A program made the translations under genes and the position numbers. From positions 6,656,001 through 6,720,000 of the forward strand of contig OZ240241.1 of the NCBI GenBank assembly GCA_965198115.1: a stretch of 64,000 nt of DNA. Direction: 5' to 3'. The notes below the pieces were generated by a model. It was not told the DNA's origin. It did no database searches and was given only the letters and a program-made list of their open reading frames with translations. Source of the stretch: Candidatus Latescibacterota bacterium. Lineage in GTDB: Bacteria; Latescibacterota; UBA2968. This document shows, piece by piece, positions 1 to 10,491 of this stretch; within the stretch, counting starts at the first letter, position 1, and the number at the start of each line of letters is the position of its first letter.

Positions 1-453
1 TACCAAGGACGAATCGCGTCCTCGTTCAACCAGCGCCAGACAGTGGCGCCGCTGATCTTGGCAACGAAGCCCCTTTGCACTGCCTCGGCGGCAATCTCGG
101 AACAGCTGAACCGCGAGAGCGGTATCCCGCTCTCGCTCGGTAGTTCACACGCCAGCGCCTTGATCTGAACGACCACCTGAGGGGGGAAAACCGGGCGGGC
201 GCCCGGGACGAGATCTATCTTCGAGTCCCGAAAGACGCTCTTCGAAAAAGCGCTTACGCCATTTGCTTACGATCGGACGCGGGACATCCAACCGTTGGGC
301 GATAATCTTGTTGGATAATCCCTCGGCGGCGAGAAGCACGATTTTCGATCGGATCACTTGATAATACGGTAACGTATATTGTCCAGCCATTCGCTCGAGG
401 TCGACCTGTTCCTTCTCAGACAGTAGCACCACATAAGGCGAACGTCTTGGCAT
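1..453 (-). CDS. IS630-family transposase, N-terminal part, frameshifted at T4C6 run (181-190)
   Basis: MPRRSPYVVLL..RSKIVLLAAEGLSNKIIAQRL..VSKWRKRF..GLEDRSRPGRP, continuing in the +1 frame as PQVVVQIKALACELP..SGATVWRWLNEDAIRPW; AGGAG RBS before ATG 453. Confidence 0.8.
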
Positions 454-534
454 TGTTCTCCTCCTTTTGAAGGAGAACATAAGCTACAAATAATGTTCAG
501 GACATACGTAATAATATTTATGAAACCATGTACT
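1..534 (-). mobile_element. IS630-family insertion sequence, left part (runs off window start)
   Basis: HTH transposase N-terminus; AT-rich end ...TGAAACCATGTACT followed by TA at 535-536, the IS630/Tc1-type target dinucleotide. Confidence 0.75.
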
Positions 535-641
535 TAGTGTTCCGATGAGCGGGTCCTTTGGCCTCTTTCGGTCGATCGTCAGCGGCGGGGGCCCCGGACG
601 GAGAGGGTTCCATATTCTATGATGATTCTGTGCTACGGGGA

Positions 642-2230
642 ATGAGAACGATGATCCGTCGACTTGCATCGATGCTGATCGTGTTGATTCTGGCGGCCGA
701 GTCTTCGCCCGCGGCCGATGAGTTGGTTGTGGTTCGGGCCTACGCCGACGCGCTGATTACGCACGCGAAGGATACCTACGGCCGTCAGACTTCGCCCTTG
801 TTCGCGACCACGCTGGATCGAGAGACGATGCAGATGATCGAGCCTGAGCGTGCTCCTCCCGTCTACGGGCTGACCGAACGCGAACGGGTCGTCGCGGGTG
901 CCAATCCGATGCACGACCAGAACCTGTATCAGATCCTGTATGCACTGACCACGTTGACCGGTGAGTCCCGTTACGCGAAGGAAGCGGATGCCTCCCTTCG
1001 GTGGTTCTTCTCGAACTGCCCGAGCCGCGAGACCTGGTTGTTGCCGTGGGGTGAGCATATGGGCTGGGACTTGAAGGCGGAGCGGCGCATCTGGAAGCTG
1101 GGTGGCACGCTTCACGCGTTCTCGCGGCCGTGGGTCCTGTGGCCGACGATCTATATGCTCGAGCCAGGTGCGTCGCTCAAGTTCTCGAAGGGTCTTTGGG
1201 AGCATCAGATCGGGAACCAGGATACGGGAAATTTCGCGCGCCGGGCCTACTACGACACACACGGTCCGGGTGTCAATCGAGACGATCCACGACACGCGGG
1301 GTTTTACATCGCGACGTGGGGACACGCCCTTCGTGAACTGCGGGACGATCGGTATCTGTCCGATCTGTCGCTGGGTACGTGGTCGCTCGCGCTCGAGAAC
1401 AGGCGGAATGAATGGCTCGAGAGGTCGATCCGGAAGCTCGTCACGTATATGGCCGGTCGGCGAAGTGGCGAGTCCGGTGCGATTGCAGAAGATTCGGGGA
1501 CACCGACCACGGCAGAGTGGTGGCACGGCCGGTTGGTTCGACCGGTGGGCACCCTTTCGTTGGCGGTCGACCTGTGGGATGCGTCGGACACGGTTTCCGA
1601 TGAGGTTGCGGAAGAGATGCGTAGCCTCGCGACGCATATCGACACGACATTTCTGGCGTTGCCCCACGATCCAGATGGAAAAGGGTTCGTCACGGGGGTC
1701 GATAAGTATAAGCTGGCGCCCTTCGGTCCAGAGGGAACCCTCGTGTCGACCGACTGGTTCGCCGAGGGTGAGCGACGGACGCACGCCGAGGTCGCCAACC
1801 TCTGTGCGATGCGTTTCGGGCAGACGAAAGAGCGCCGATTCCGGTCGCTCGTGATGCGGACCGCCAGACTCTATATGACGCTCGAGCCGGATCTCGAGAA
1901 TCCGGGGGATCCAGGGCTCTTACGATACATCGAAAAAGTGGTCGGTGGGGAGACCCCCTTGTACCCCGTCGCGATCGGGCAGGCGATCAAGCTGATGATC
2001 AACGCCTATGCATTGAGTGAGGACCGTCGATACCTGGCTCGAGCCGAGCATTTTGGAAAGTTGCGATCGAAACGTTCATCGGGGACGCAGAGCTGCCGCG
2101 AGCGACGCACCGAAACGATCATTACGAAGCCGTGACGGGGGGAGATGCGATGATGATGGCGCTGCTCGAGCTGTGGGCGGTGAAGAATGGGAGGGGGGAT
2201 GACGTGAGGTTGGTTTGGTGTGATCGATGA
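642..2230 (+). CDS. Secreted alpha/alpha-toroid protein, periplasmic pectate-lyase (PL2)-like; frameshift near 2062
   Basis: Signal-peptide-like MRTMIRRLASMLIVLILAAES; motifs DTYG..PLF, ANPMHDQNLYQILY, WGEH; after ~2062 a shifted frame gives a plausible C-terminus AIETFIGDAELPRATHRNDHYEAVTGGDAMMMALL..DR* ending 2230. Confidence 0.55.
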
Positions 2231-2290
2231 GCGACTGTTCCTCCTCCGCTGATGGTGGAGCTTCTGGGACTGTGGGCGGTTGACGGTGGA

Positions 2291-2318
2291 CCCCTCGCTC
2301 CGCCTCGGGGCAAGGCTC
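2291..2318. repeat. REP-like palindromic element (CCCTCGxCTCCGCTCGGGGCAGGC family)
   Basis: CCCCTCGCTCCGCCTCGGGGCAAGGCTC, similar to copies at 29264 and 11632. Confidence 0.55.
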
Positions 2319-2439
2319 GAACGACGGCTTCGCCCCAATGACAGAGAGACGGCGGCACCGCTGGTTACAAATCAATCCCCGCCTCTGAGTTGGAAAGAGT
2401 TTAAATAATTGATATTTGTTGATTTATGGTTTTAGACTG

Positions 2440-2464
2440 AAAAGTGGCCTCGGGGCCACTTTTT
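2440..2464. terminator. Bidirectional intrinsic terminator
   Basis: AAAAGTGGCC-TCGG-GGCCACTTTT hairpin between convergent genes. Confidence 0.7.
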
Positions 2465-2489
2465 CGACCCTGCAACGATCGTCTCTCGG

Positions 2490-3857
2490 TCAAAGCGATC
2501 GGATGGCGTCGACGGCATCGATGAGGCTGAGACCGGTGTGGTAGCCGGGGTCGGCGTCGGATGTGGCGGGAATGACGGCCACCGGCTGCCCGTCGGCATC
2601 CCGAGTCTGGTAGGCCATCAGATGAAGATCAGGTCGCGTGAATTCGCTGAAGGCGTTGTGACAGTCACGAATGATGGTGAGACACGACGACTTCTCCGTT
2701 TTGTCGAGAGATGACGCGAGACAGAGGGCGGTGGAGCGAATGGTTTCAGGCAGATTCCACCAGGGCATTTCGGTATTCAGGTGCCGGCGCGAAGCCAGGT
2801 CGAACGCTTTGGATATCCCCTTAGGGCCCTCGATGTAGCCGTTGTCGAAATTGCGTTTGAGGATCGTGAACATCCGGTTTTTCGCGGATGACAGTCGTTC
2901 GCGTCGATCGGGTGAGATACCGGTTTCGGCCTCGACCTTTCGAATGAATTTCATCGCGAGTCCGACAAACTCAAGCGAGTGACCCGGATCGGAAAGAATG
3001 ACGCCGTCGGGCTCGACATAGGGTCGTCTGGCGTCATCGACGGCTTCCCAGAAGTCGCCTTCCTGCAGGTGGTCCCAACGCCCATCGAGATTCGCGTGCG
3101 TTGCGAGTTCATATTCGATGTGACGCAGTCCCCGCTCGATCGCGATGGGATGGTGTTCGGCCGCGAGCAAACTCCACGCTCCGATCTGGATCATCGTGGG
3201 GCCGTGAGGATGGTAGCCCGATCGGGGTTCCGTGCGGTTCTTGGGATCGAGAGATATCTGGTCGGAGCGAAATGTCCGGTTACAGATGGCGTCATCGACA
3301 GCCACGATGTAGGCGGTCGCCTCATCTCGGCCCGACTGATCGTCGAGAAGGTCGGCGGCAGCGAACATTCCCTTGGCAGAGAACAGGTCGCTGAAGCCGA
3401 TGGTGTCGACTTCGAGCGGAGTGGGAAGCCCGTGCGCATCGAGCTCGAAAGGTGCTCCATCGGGGGACATAAAGAAGCTGAGGTGGCCCCCGTTTCGGTC
3501 GCGCATCCGCCGGAGTTGGTCGAGTATTTCTCGCAGGGCGGTGCGGATTCGTCGGACGAGTGCGTCGTGACCGCCCCGTCGGGTCAGCCATCGTGCGTGA
3601 CCCGCCAACGCCTCCAGTCCACGACCCTGGATCCATCCGTAGATGGCGTTCTGTCCGCGGATGGGATCTTCCGGAGGAAAGTCCTCCCCTGTGATGAGAT
3701 CGAGCTTCGTGTCGATGAAGGGGTAGTCCGGTGCGCGGTCGTAACGGTCCACGATCGCGGTCATCATCGAAAGCGCGATGGCCTCGTAGTCGTCGGCCGC
3801 TGATTGGAGGTCTGCGGGCGAGGAATTCCGTGGGAGCTGGACGTTGCGGTAAACCAT
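2490..3857 (-). CDS. AGE-family (N-acylglucosamine 2-epimerase-like) epimerase/isomerase
   Basis: Motifs WIQGR, SDLF, PGHSLEF, WWNLPET, DPGYHTG; start set at MVYRNV. Confidence 0.7.
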   Translation of the reverse strand: MVYRNVQLPRNSSPADLQSAADDYEAIALSMMTAIVDRYDRAPDYPFIDTKLDLITGEDFPPEDPIRGQNAIYGWIQGRGLEALAGHARWLTRRGGHDALVRRIRTALREILDQLRRMRDRNGGHLSFFMSPDGAPFELDAHGLPTPLEVDTIGFSDLFSAKGMFAAADLLDDQSGRDEATAYIVAVDDAICNRTFRSDQISLDPKNRTEPRSGYHPHGPTMIQIGAWSLLAAEHHPIAIERGLRHIEYELATHANLDGRWDHLQEGDFWEAVDDARRPYVEPDGVILSDPGHSLEFVGLAMKFIRKVEAETGISPDRRERLSSAKNRMFTILKRNFDNGYIEGPKGISKAFDLASRRHLNTEMPWWNLPETIRSTALCLASSLDKTEKSSCLTIIRDCHNAFSEFTRPDLHLMAYQTRDADGQPVAVIPATSDADPGYHTGLSLIDAVDAIRSL

Positions 3858-3887
3858 AGTTGTCAGTTGCCAGTCATCAGTCGTCAG
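3857..3887. repeat. Degenerate heptamer tandem repeat (CAGTYRY)
   Basis: TAGTTGT CAGTTGC CAGTCAT CAGTCGT CAG, abutting the AGE start codon. Confidence 0.6.
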
Positions 3888-3980
3888 GGTAAAACACGCT
3901 GGTGCTGATCGAGAAAAATGATCGACAGGATGTGCAGTCACGGTGCGCGAGCGGGCGACCGTGAGACCGCATCTTCTCCT

Positions 3981-6059
3981 TTATTGGAGATAACGGGTTT
4001 GTAATTCTCCGATGCCTGCTTCGTCGCCGATGAAGGTCAGGCTGTCCCCCGTGCGAATGACCGTTCTGCCGTCGGGGACGTATACCTGGTTGCCCCGGCG
4101 AATCATTGCGACGAGACAGCCTTCCGGCAGGGGCAGGTCACGCAGGGGACGGTCGACGAGTTCAGACGTTCGCACGTCGCGACCAGCGATGATGGAGGTG
4201 AACCGATCGCTGTGCAGGAGTGCTTCCTTGAGTTCCTGTTCATTCGTCGCTGCCTGCCACTCGCCATCGAACCCTTCTTCGTCGACGCGCTCCGCGATCT
4301 GCGCGAGGATACGCAGGTGCTGACTGGGGTCGGCGTCGGGACTGAAGAGAAAGAAGATGGCCTTCAGCTCGGCGTTCGTTTCCTCGTTCGAGAAGGGATG
4401 GGTGAACTGGATATGGACGCCAACCCTCGAGCGCACGAGCACCATCTCGGGGTGTTCCAGATTGCCGATCCAGAGATGCGGCAATCCGACACCGTGAGTG
4501 ACAGGCGTGGCGCCGATGTGCGTCCGGTCGAGGAGCTGCTGTTCAATGTCGCGAGCGTCGATGTTCGTTTGTTCGCCCATCCATTCAGCGGCGCGGGTTA
4601 CGATCTCCTCGAATTCACCGTGGCCCTCGACGTCGATGACGAGACTGCGAGCGACGATTTCTTCGAAGCGATCCTGGGCGCGAAGACCCTTTTCGCGGAG
4701 GATGCCGCGCAACTCGTGATCGAGCTCTTCGTAGCGGGATCGCCCGAGTCGCTCGAAGACGTGAAAAATGGCTCCCGTTCGGAGCACGCGTTTCCGGCCG
4801 TAGTAGACGAACCAGAGGATGCCGACGAGGGCAAGACCCACCGTGAAGCTGAGCGACCAAACACCCATTTCGAAGATAAGGATACCAGCGCTAACGATCC
4901 CGAAGATGTGCAGCCAGGGGTAGAGAGGAGAGCGATAACCCGGGTCGTAGGACGCCAGCTTGGCTTCGCGCATCACGATGACGGCGAGGCAGACGAGTGC
5001 GAACATAAAGAGCTGAAAGGAGCTGGCGAGTTTCGCGATTTTCGTCGGGTCGAAGAGGAGAATGATGGCGACGATGGCCCCAACGCTCGTGGCAATCGCG
5101 TAGACCGGCGTGCCCAGACGCCCGATGTGGCGGAAGAAGCGAGGCGTGAGATGATCGCGGCTCATTGCGAGGGGATAGCGAGAGGCGCTGAGCGTGCCTG
5201 CATTGGCGACGGATGTGAAGGCGAGGAGTGCCGCGATCGAAAGAAGCAGGGCGCCGACCTGGCCGAATCTCACGTGGGCGGCGGTTGCAACAGGCGTGAG
5301 GTCGCCTGCGAGGCGACCAGATGGAATGAGACCGACCATCGTGGTCGTCCCGAGGCCATAGATCAAAATCGCCGTGCCCAACGCAAGGAAAACACCGATT
5401 GGCAGATTGCGTTCGGGATTCTGGACTTCCTCAGAAAGACTGGCCACGTTGGTCACGCCGACGTAGCTGATGTAGACGAGACCCGCCGTCGCGAATAGCG
5501 ATGACGTTCCGACGTCGAAGATGCCGCGGAAGTTGGCCAGGTCGATCTCGGGCAACCCGCCCCCTATGAATACGGCAAGGAGGGCGAGAAGACCGAAGAC
5601 GAGGAAGATCTGAAACGAACCGCTCTTTCTCGCCCCGAGGGCGTTCAGGATTCCGAGCAGGATCGCAAGCGCCGCGGCGATGGGTCTGATCTCCAACTCG
5701 GGAAAGAAGAGCTTGAGGTAGGCGCCCATCCCTACCAGTGCGAATGCGACCTTCAACACCAGCGCAAGCCAGGTGCCAAAGCCGCCGATCGTGCCCGCCA
5801 GCGGACCGAGGGTCCTGTCGAGAAAGTAGTAAACTCCGCCTGCGCGTGGCATTGCCGTGGCAAGCTCGACGATGCTGAGCATCGCGGGAATCAGGGGGAC
5901 AGCTGCGATGAGGTAGGCGAACACGATCGCCGACCCGACTTCGGCCGCGGCAAGCCCCGGCAACAGGAAGAAGCCGGAACTGAGCGTTGCACCCGTGGCG
6001 ATTGCGTAAACGTCAAAGAGTCGGAGTTCTTTGGTGAGACGTGGTTTCGGTTCAGTCAT
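3981..6059 (-). CDS. APC-family amino acid permease fused to PTS EIIA(Ntr/Fru)-like and TrkA_C (RCK_C) domains
   Basis: About 12 TM helices with GATLSSGFF, ELATAMPRAGG, SEEVQNPERNLP; then GATPVTHGVGLPH..HLRILAQIA (EIIA); C-terminal LPLPEGCLVAMIRRG..VPDGRTVIRTGD (RCK_C). Confidence 0.85.
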   Translation of the reverse strand: MTEPKPRLTKELRLFDVYAIATGATLSSGFFLLPGLAAAEVGSAIVFAYLIAAVPLIPAMLSIVELATAMPRAGGVYYFLDRTLGPLAGTIGGFGTWLALVLKVAFALVGMGAYLKLFFPELEIRPIAAALAILLGILNALGARKSGSFQIFLVFGLLALLAVFIGGGLPEIDLANFRGIFDVGTSSLFATAGLVYISYVGVTNVASLSEEVQNPERNLPIGVFLALGTAILIYGLGTTTMVGLIPSGRLAGDLTPVATAAHVRFGQVGALLLSIAALLAFTSVANAGTLSASRYPLAMSRDHLTPRFFRHIGRLGTPVYAIATSVGAIVAIILLFDPTKIAKLASSFQLFMFALVCLAVIVMREAKLASYDPGYRSPLYPWLHIFGIVSAGILIFEMGVWSLSFTVGLALVGILWFVYYGRKRVLRTGAIFHVFERLGRSRYEELDHELRGILREKGLRAQDRFEEIVARSLVIDVEGHGEFEEIVTRAAEWMGEQTNIDARDIEQQLLDRTHIGATPVTHGVGLPHLWIGNLEHPEMVLVRSRVGVHIQFTHPFSNEETNAELKAIFFLFSPDADPSQHLRILAQIAERVDEEGFDGEWQAATNEQELKEALLHSDRFTSIIAGRDVRTSELVDRPLRDLPLPEGCLVAMIRRGNQVYVPDGRTVIRTGDSLTFIGDEAGIGELQTRYLQ

Positions 6060-6081
6060 TGTGAAGAGGATGGGGCAATGA

Positions 6082-6110
6082 GTTCAGTTGTTCAGTGTTC
6101 GGTGTTCAGA
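6082..6110. repeat. Degenerate heptamer tandem repeat (GTTCRGT), reverse complement of the 49103 unit
   Basis: GTTCAGTT GTTCAGT GTTCGGT GTTCAGA. Confidence 0.6.
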
Positions 6111-6194
6111 AGAGCTTGGCAATGTCCGGTTGCGCCTGTGGCGAGATGAGCAACCCACGAAGCGCGTGTTGATCGTCTAGAAGGAGATAGCTGG

Positions 6195-7436
6195 TCAGGT
6201 GACGAGTTCGATCTTGACAGACCGTTGATCAGGGGAGAAGGCGAGGAAGGTGGTGTCGCCCTCTCGGTAGAAGGTGTCGTCTTCGAAGGCTGCACGGCTT
6301 TGGGCTTGAAGGAGTGGTTTACCGTTGATTTCGATGTCGCGAAACCTGATGTCGTGCAAGCGAAGGGTCAACTCGGGGACCTGAACAGGAAGGTCCAGGC
6401 TGATGGTTCCGTTGCTGACGGTGAGATCCGCCATTTCGCGGGCGATGGCGTAGGTCGTGATCTCGCTACACTTGCGCCAGCGCGTTCGTTCGCCGTGTGG
6501 GTCACGTTCCTTCAATCGCCGGACCACGGTCTTAAAAGCTCTGAACCCCCGTCTGTCCTCGTCGTGTAAGCCGTAGAAGCCCTGCCAATGGCTGATGAGT
6601 ACAGCCGGGTCGTCTAGGTCGATGACGGCAGGGAGTCTTCCGCCCTGCAGGTCGGCCGTGATGTATTTGTCGGGGTTGACCTCACCGTAACCTGTCCAGG
6701 AGCCAGTCCAGTCGCCCGTGCAGGCGATCACCTCGCCCATCGCGGTGCCGGCTTCCCGATCCGGATACCATACAGGGGTCTCGACCGGTTCGTCCGAGGA
6801 GACGCGTTTGAAGAAGTAGGGCGTGGGGTTGCCCGTCACCGAGCGAACCGCCTGTTCCGCGCACTTCGCGTAGAAGTCGAGTGGGTTTCCGAACCCCCCT
6901 GGCGAGGTCACGCCGTCGGGCGAGAGGCCGACGTTGTCGAGAATACGGCAGGCGGTGGCGATGTAGTTGGTGACGAGCTCTTCCTGGTCGGTGGGCAGCT
7001 GGTTCCAGTTGTACTGTTCCCAGAGGTTGACGTCTATCGGCTGGAAGGTTTCGAGGTCGACGACGTAGGTGTGTGTGATCATTTCGGGTGTGATGTCATA
7101 ATTCGGGACGATCATTTCCCGACACATCTTGAGCCAGCTCTCCTGCTGGGCCTTGCTGAAGAGGGGTAAGCCCTCGTCGATCCTGCCGAGCGCGGCGGGG
7201 CACGGGACGACGCTGTATTTTCCTTTGACGCCTTCCGCCAGACAGAACTCGGCGAACTCGCGTGTGAATGACTCCGGGTGCACCATCGGAACGTCTTCCC
7301 ATCGGCGGTTCTGGCCGTCGACGAGGTTGCGGTCTCGCATAAAGAAGTAATTCAGGTTCACGAGCAGTGTCGAGTCGTCGAAGATGATCGACAGAGGGAC
7401 CCGATCGAGTGCGTGTCTGGCGATTTTTACTTTCAC
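6195..7436 (-). CDS. Conserved hypothetical protein, possible polysaccharide-deacetylase-like fold
   Basis: 413-aa ORF, GTG start; SIIFDDS, KGKYSVVP, PEMITHT, GVTSPGGFG, LISHW. Confidence 0.55.
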   Translation of the reverse strand: MKVKIARHALDRVPLSIIFDDSTLLVNLNYFFMRDRNLVDGQNRRWEDVPMVHPESFTREFAEFCLAEGVKGKYSVVPCPAALGRIDEGLPLFSKAQQESWLKMCREMIVPNYDITPEMITHTYVVDLETFQPIDVNLWEQYNWNQLPTDQEELVTNYIATACRILDNVGLSPDGVTSPGGFGNPLDFYAKCAEQAVRSVTGNPTPYFFKRVSSDEPVETPVWYPDREAGTAMGEVIACTGDWTGSWTGYGEVNPDKYITADLQGGRLPAVIDLDDPAVLISHWQGFYGLHDEDRRGFRAFKTVVRRLKERDPHGERTRWRKCSEITTYAIAREMADLTVSNGTISLDLPVQVPELTLRLHDIRFRDIEINGKPLLQAQSRAAFEDDTFYREGDTTFLAFSPDQRSVKIELVT

Positions 7437-7593
7437 AGGGCGACCTTGGGACAGGAAGTCGGTGAAGCAAGTTCAGGATGGACAACAAGATACGGGAATG
7501 AGCTGATCCCTGCCAGACCTCGGGGCGTTGACTCGAGGTCTGGTTGGATGTACTTTGAGAGGCCCCTCGAATCCGCAAGTGGAAGGATTGTCA

Positions 7594-7965
7594 TTGGCGA
7601 AGATTTTGATCATAGACGACGATGAACTGATGCGTGGATTCCTGCGCGAGCTTTTCTGCCGAGAAGGGTTCGAGGTCGTAGAGGCCGCGGACGGATTGGC
7701 GGGCATTCAGTCGTTTATCGATGATTCATCGGTCGATGCCGTGATTACGGACCTGTACATGCCCGAGGCAGACGGCATCGAAGTGCTGCGCGCCATTCGC
7801 AAGGAGAGTCAGGACGTCAAAATCGTGGCGATTTCGGGTGGAACGACCGGTGGTGGAAGGACGGATATTCTGCAGGTGATGCAGGACCTGGGGGTGGACA
7901 AGACTTTACAAAAGCCGTTCAAGCCGGAGGAGATGGTCACAGTTGTGAAGGAATTGCTCACGTAG
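7594..7965 (+). CDS. Single-domain response regulator (CheY-like)
   Basis: KILIIDDD, VITDLYMP, ISGG, KPF; GGAAGGA RBS before TTG. Confidence 0.85.
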   Translation: MAKILIIDDDELMRGFLRELFCREGFEVVEAADGLAGIQSFIDDSSVDAVITDLYMPEADGIEVLRAIRKESQDVKIVAISGGTTGGGRTDILQVMQDLGVDKTLQKPFKPEEMVTVVKELLT

Positions 7966-7990
7966 TTGCCGTAGATGACGATTCCCTGTC

Positions 7991-8018
7991 AGGCTCCACC
8001 GGAACGGTGGGGCCTTTT
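7991..8018 (+). terminator. Intrinsic terminator
   Basis: AGGCTCCACCG-GAA-CGGTGGGGCCT followed by TTT. Confidence 0.65.
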
Positions 8019-8029
8019 CGTTATTGAAA

Positions 8030-8069
8030 AACACAGAAGCAACCACTGAGAACACGGAGAACACGGAGG
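8030..8069. repeat. Degenerate nonamer tandem repeat (CACGGAGAA type)
   Basis: CACTGAGAA CACGGAGAA CACGGAGG. Confidence 0.55.
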
Positions 8070-8940
8070 GTTCCGGGCACCAGGACACCGGCGGCCCTAT
8101 TCGGGGAAAGGATCGGAACAAATCCCGAACCATTCGGGATTCTGCTACGGTCCGGATCAAAGAGAATGGCGATGCTCCAACATCCAACTGCTCGAGAGGC
8201 ATACAATGACTGTTGAGCGTGCACCTGTCATTAACGGGGCGGAGCACGCGTGGGTGATCAATGACCCGCGGTTTCCGATGGATGAGACGCTTTCGAGCTG
8301 TCCGGGCCGGCCGCCTGATGCGGATTACTCGGGTGAACACCTGATCTCGCAGATGAAGCTCTACGGGATCGACAAAACGTTGATCAGTCACGTCTGCTAC
8401 TACGGACGAAACAACGCTTATACGAGCTACTGTGTGAAGACGTGGCCAGATCGGTTCGCTGGAATCGGGTTGCTGGTGGGCAAGCGCCTGTTCGAGCCGG
8501 GGGATGAATGCAACGTGGAGCGTCTCGAACGACTGATGCGGGATGACGGTTTGGTGGGTCTCCGGCTGAGCCCGATCTACGACAAGGAGACGGTCTGGTT
8601 CAACGATCCTGTGATGTTTCCCTTCTGGGAGAAGGCGCAGGATATGCGCGCGGTCTTCAACATTTTCCTGGCGCCGCACCAGGTGAGTCAGGTCGCGGAA
8701 ATGGCCGAGCGCTACCCCGGTGTGAAGATTGTCATCGATCACCTTGCGATGATCGACATTATGGCGGACGACGAGGCCGGGTTCGGGCCCCTCGTTGCGA
8801 TGCACACGCTTCCGAATGTTTACGTGAGAACCTCTCTCCACAATCCTTCGCGAGAGCAGACGCCCTATCGCGATGTCTGGCCGTTTTTGGAGCGGGTCTA
8901 CGATGCGTACGGGCCCGAGCGTCTGTTATTCGCCAACTTT

Positions 8941-10330
8941 GGTGAGGTCCCTATCCTAGTTGAAACTTAAAGGGCTCCAAACTTACGTTGTGGGTAGACG
9001 TGTGAGAGCGTGTACCCGTAAGAAAGGAGCCCACGATGGAGAAGCTATTTGCAGGGGATGGCGAAGTCAAGGTTGGGTCAGACGTTATGGATTTGGAGAC
9101 GCGTTTATCGGTGATCCGGGCGCTGATTCCGCTGGGTCTGGAGGCCGTTGCCGACGTGCTCCAGCAGGAGGTGGAGCAGCTCGCAGGCGTTCGGTATGCG
9201 CGTAAGGGTTCAGAGCAGTCGCATCGTCGATGGGGAAGCCAGAAAGGGTCCGTGTATCTGATGGACCAGAAGCTGCCGGTGGCCGTTCCCCGTGTGCGCG
9301 ACGTCGAGTCCGATACGGAGGTTTCTCTGGCCGCATACCGGGGGATGCAGAGGCCCAGAGCGATGGATGAGAAGCTGTGCTGCTTCGTGTGCTCAAGGGA
9401 ATCTCCTGTCGCAACTACAGAGCCTGTGCAGAGTCGGTACCCGAAGCGTTCGGAATTTCGGCATCCTCCGTCTCGCGACGGTTCATCAAAGCCACCGCAA
9501 AGAAGCTGAAGCAGTTCCAGGAACGACCGCTCGACGACTACGACTTGGTCGCCCTGTTCATCGACGGAAAGAGCTTTGCCGACGAAGAGATCGTGATCGC
9601 TCTGGGCGTCACGACGGACGGCCAGAAGATCCCCCTGGGCTTCGTCTAATCGGCGACGGAGAACGAACGGATCTGCCGTCAGCTGATCCAGGATCTCATC
9701 CGGAGAGGCCTGTGCTACGACCAGGGCCTTCTCGTTGTGCTGGACGGCTCAAAGGGACTCCGCTGTGCCGTCACCAAAGCCCTCAAAGGGGATGTGTGCG
9801 TGCATCGCTGTCAGTGGCACAAGCGCGAGAACGTCGTCAGCTACCTCCCGGAGGCAGAACGTCCAAGAGTTCGACGGAAACTTCAGAAAGCCTATGACTG
9901 CGACACCTACGAGGAGGCAAAGGCCGCACTCGAATCACTCAAACCCGAACTCAAGCTGATGAATCAGTCTGCCGTGGCAAGCCTCGAGGAAGGACTGGAG
10001 GAAACCCTGACCCTCCACCGGCTGGGGATGCTCCCGTTCTTGAAGCGAAGCTTCCGAACCACCAATTGCATCGAGGCGCTCAACAGCATGACCGGCAACC
10101 TGATACGGAAGGTCAACCGCTGGAACAACTCTCCTCAGCGACACAGATGGGTCGCGGCCGCACTCCTCGACATCGAACCACGCCTGCGACGCGTGAGCGG
10201 ATACAAACACCTCCCGCTGCTCAGGCAAGCACTGAAAAACAACCTGAATCTCGGCGACAATCAAGATGCTCGGCAGAGAGCATGAATACCACGGAGCCCG
10301 ATGAGTTTCAACTGACTATGGGACTTGACC
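8941..10330 (+). mobile_element. IS256-family insertion sequence (1390 bp)
   Basis: IRL GGTGAGGTCCCTATCCTAGTTGAAACT vs IRR (reverse complement) GGTCAAGTCCCATAGTCAGTTGAAACT; 8-bp target duplication CCAACTTT at 8933-8940 and 10331-10338. Confidence 0.92.
9036..10285 (+). pseudogene. IS256-family DDE transposase, disrupted (frameshift ~9377, TAA at 9647-9649)
   Basis: Motifs VPRVR, LFIDGK, VLDGSKGL, HRCQWHK, RTTNCIE across three ORF pieces. Confidence 0.88.
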
Positions 10331-10491
10331 CCAACTTTTTCGAGTATGTGATTATGAAGGAATTGATCCCTTTCTTTTCTGAAGAGGATAAAGTGTGGAT
10401 TCTGGGAAAGACGGCTGAAGGCATTTACTTCAGTGAGAAGTAAGAAGGAGCATCGCTTGGCTGAAAAGAACCGAAACCTTGAGGAGTACTT

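Larger units (their letters stand above)
8206..10443 (+). pseudogene. Amidohydrolase (Amidohydro_2 family) interrupted by IS256
   Basis: AEHAW, VIDHLA motifs; removing 8941-10338 restores ..RLLFANF-FEYVIMKELIPFFSEEDKVWILGKTAEGIYFSEK*. Confidence 0.85.

Noticed and set aside
4212-5498. Long antisense or alternate-frame ORFs (also 633-1784, 18234-19499, 22785-24035, 28168-29340, 43697-44788)
   Set aside because: Shadows of well-supported genes in high-GC DNA with no recognisable motifs
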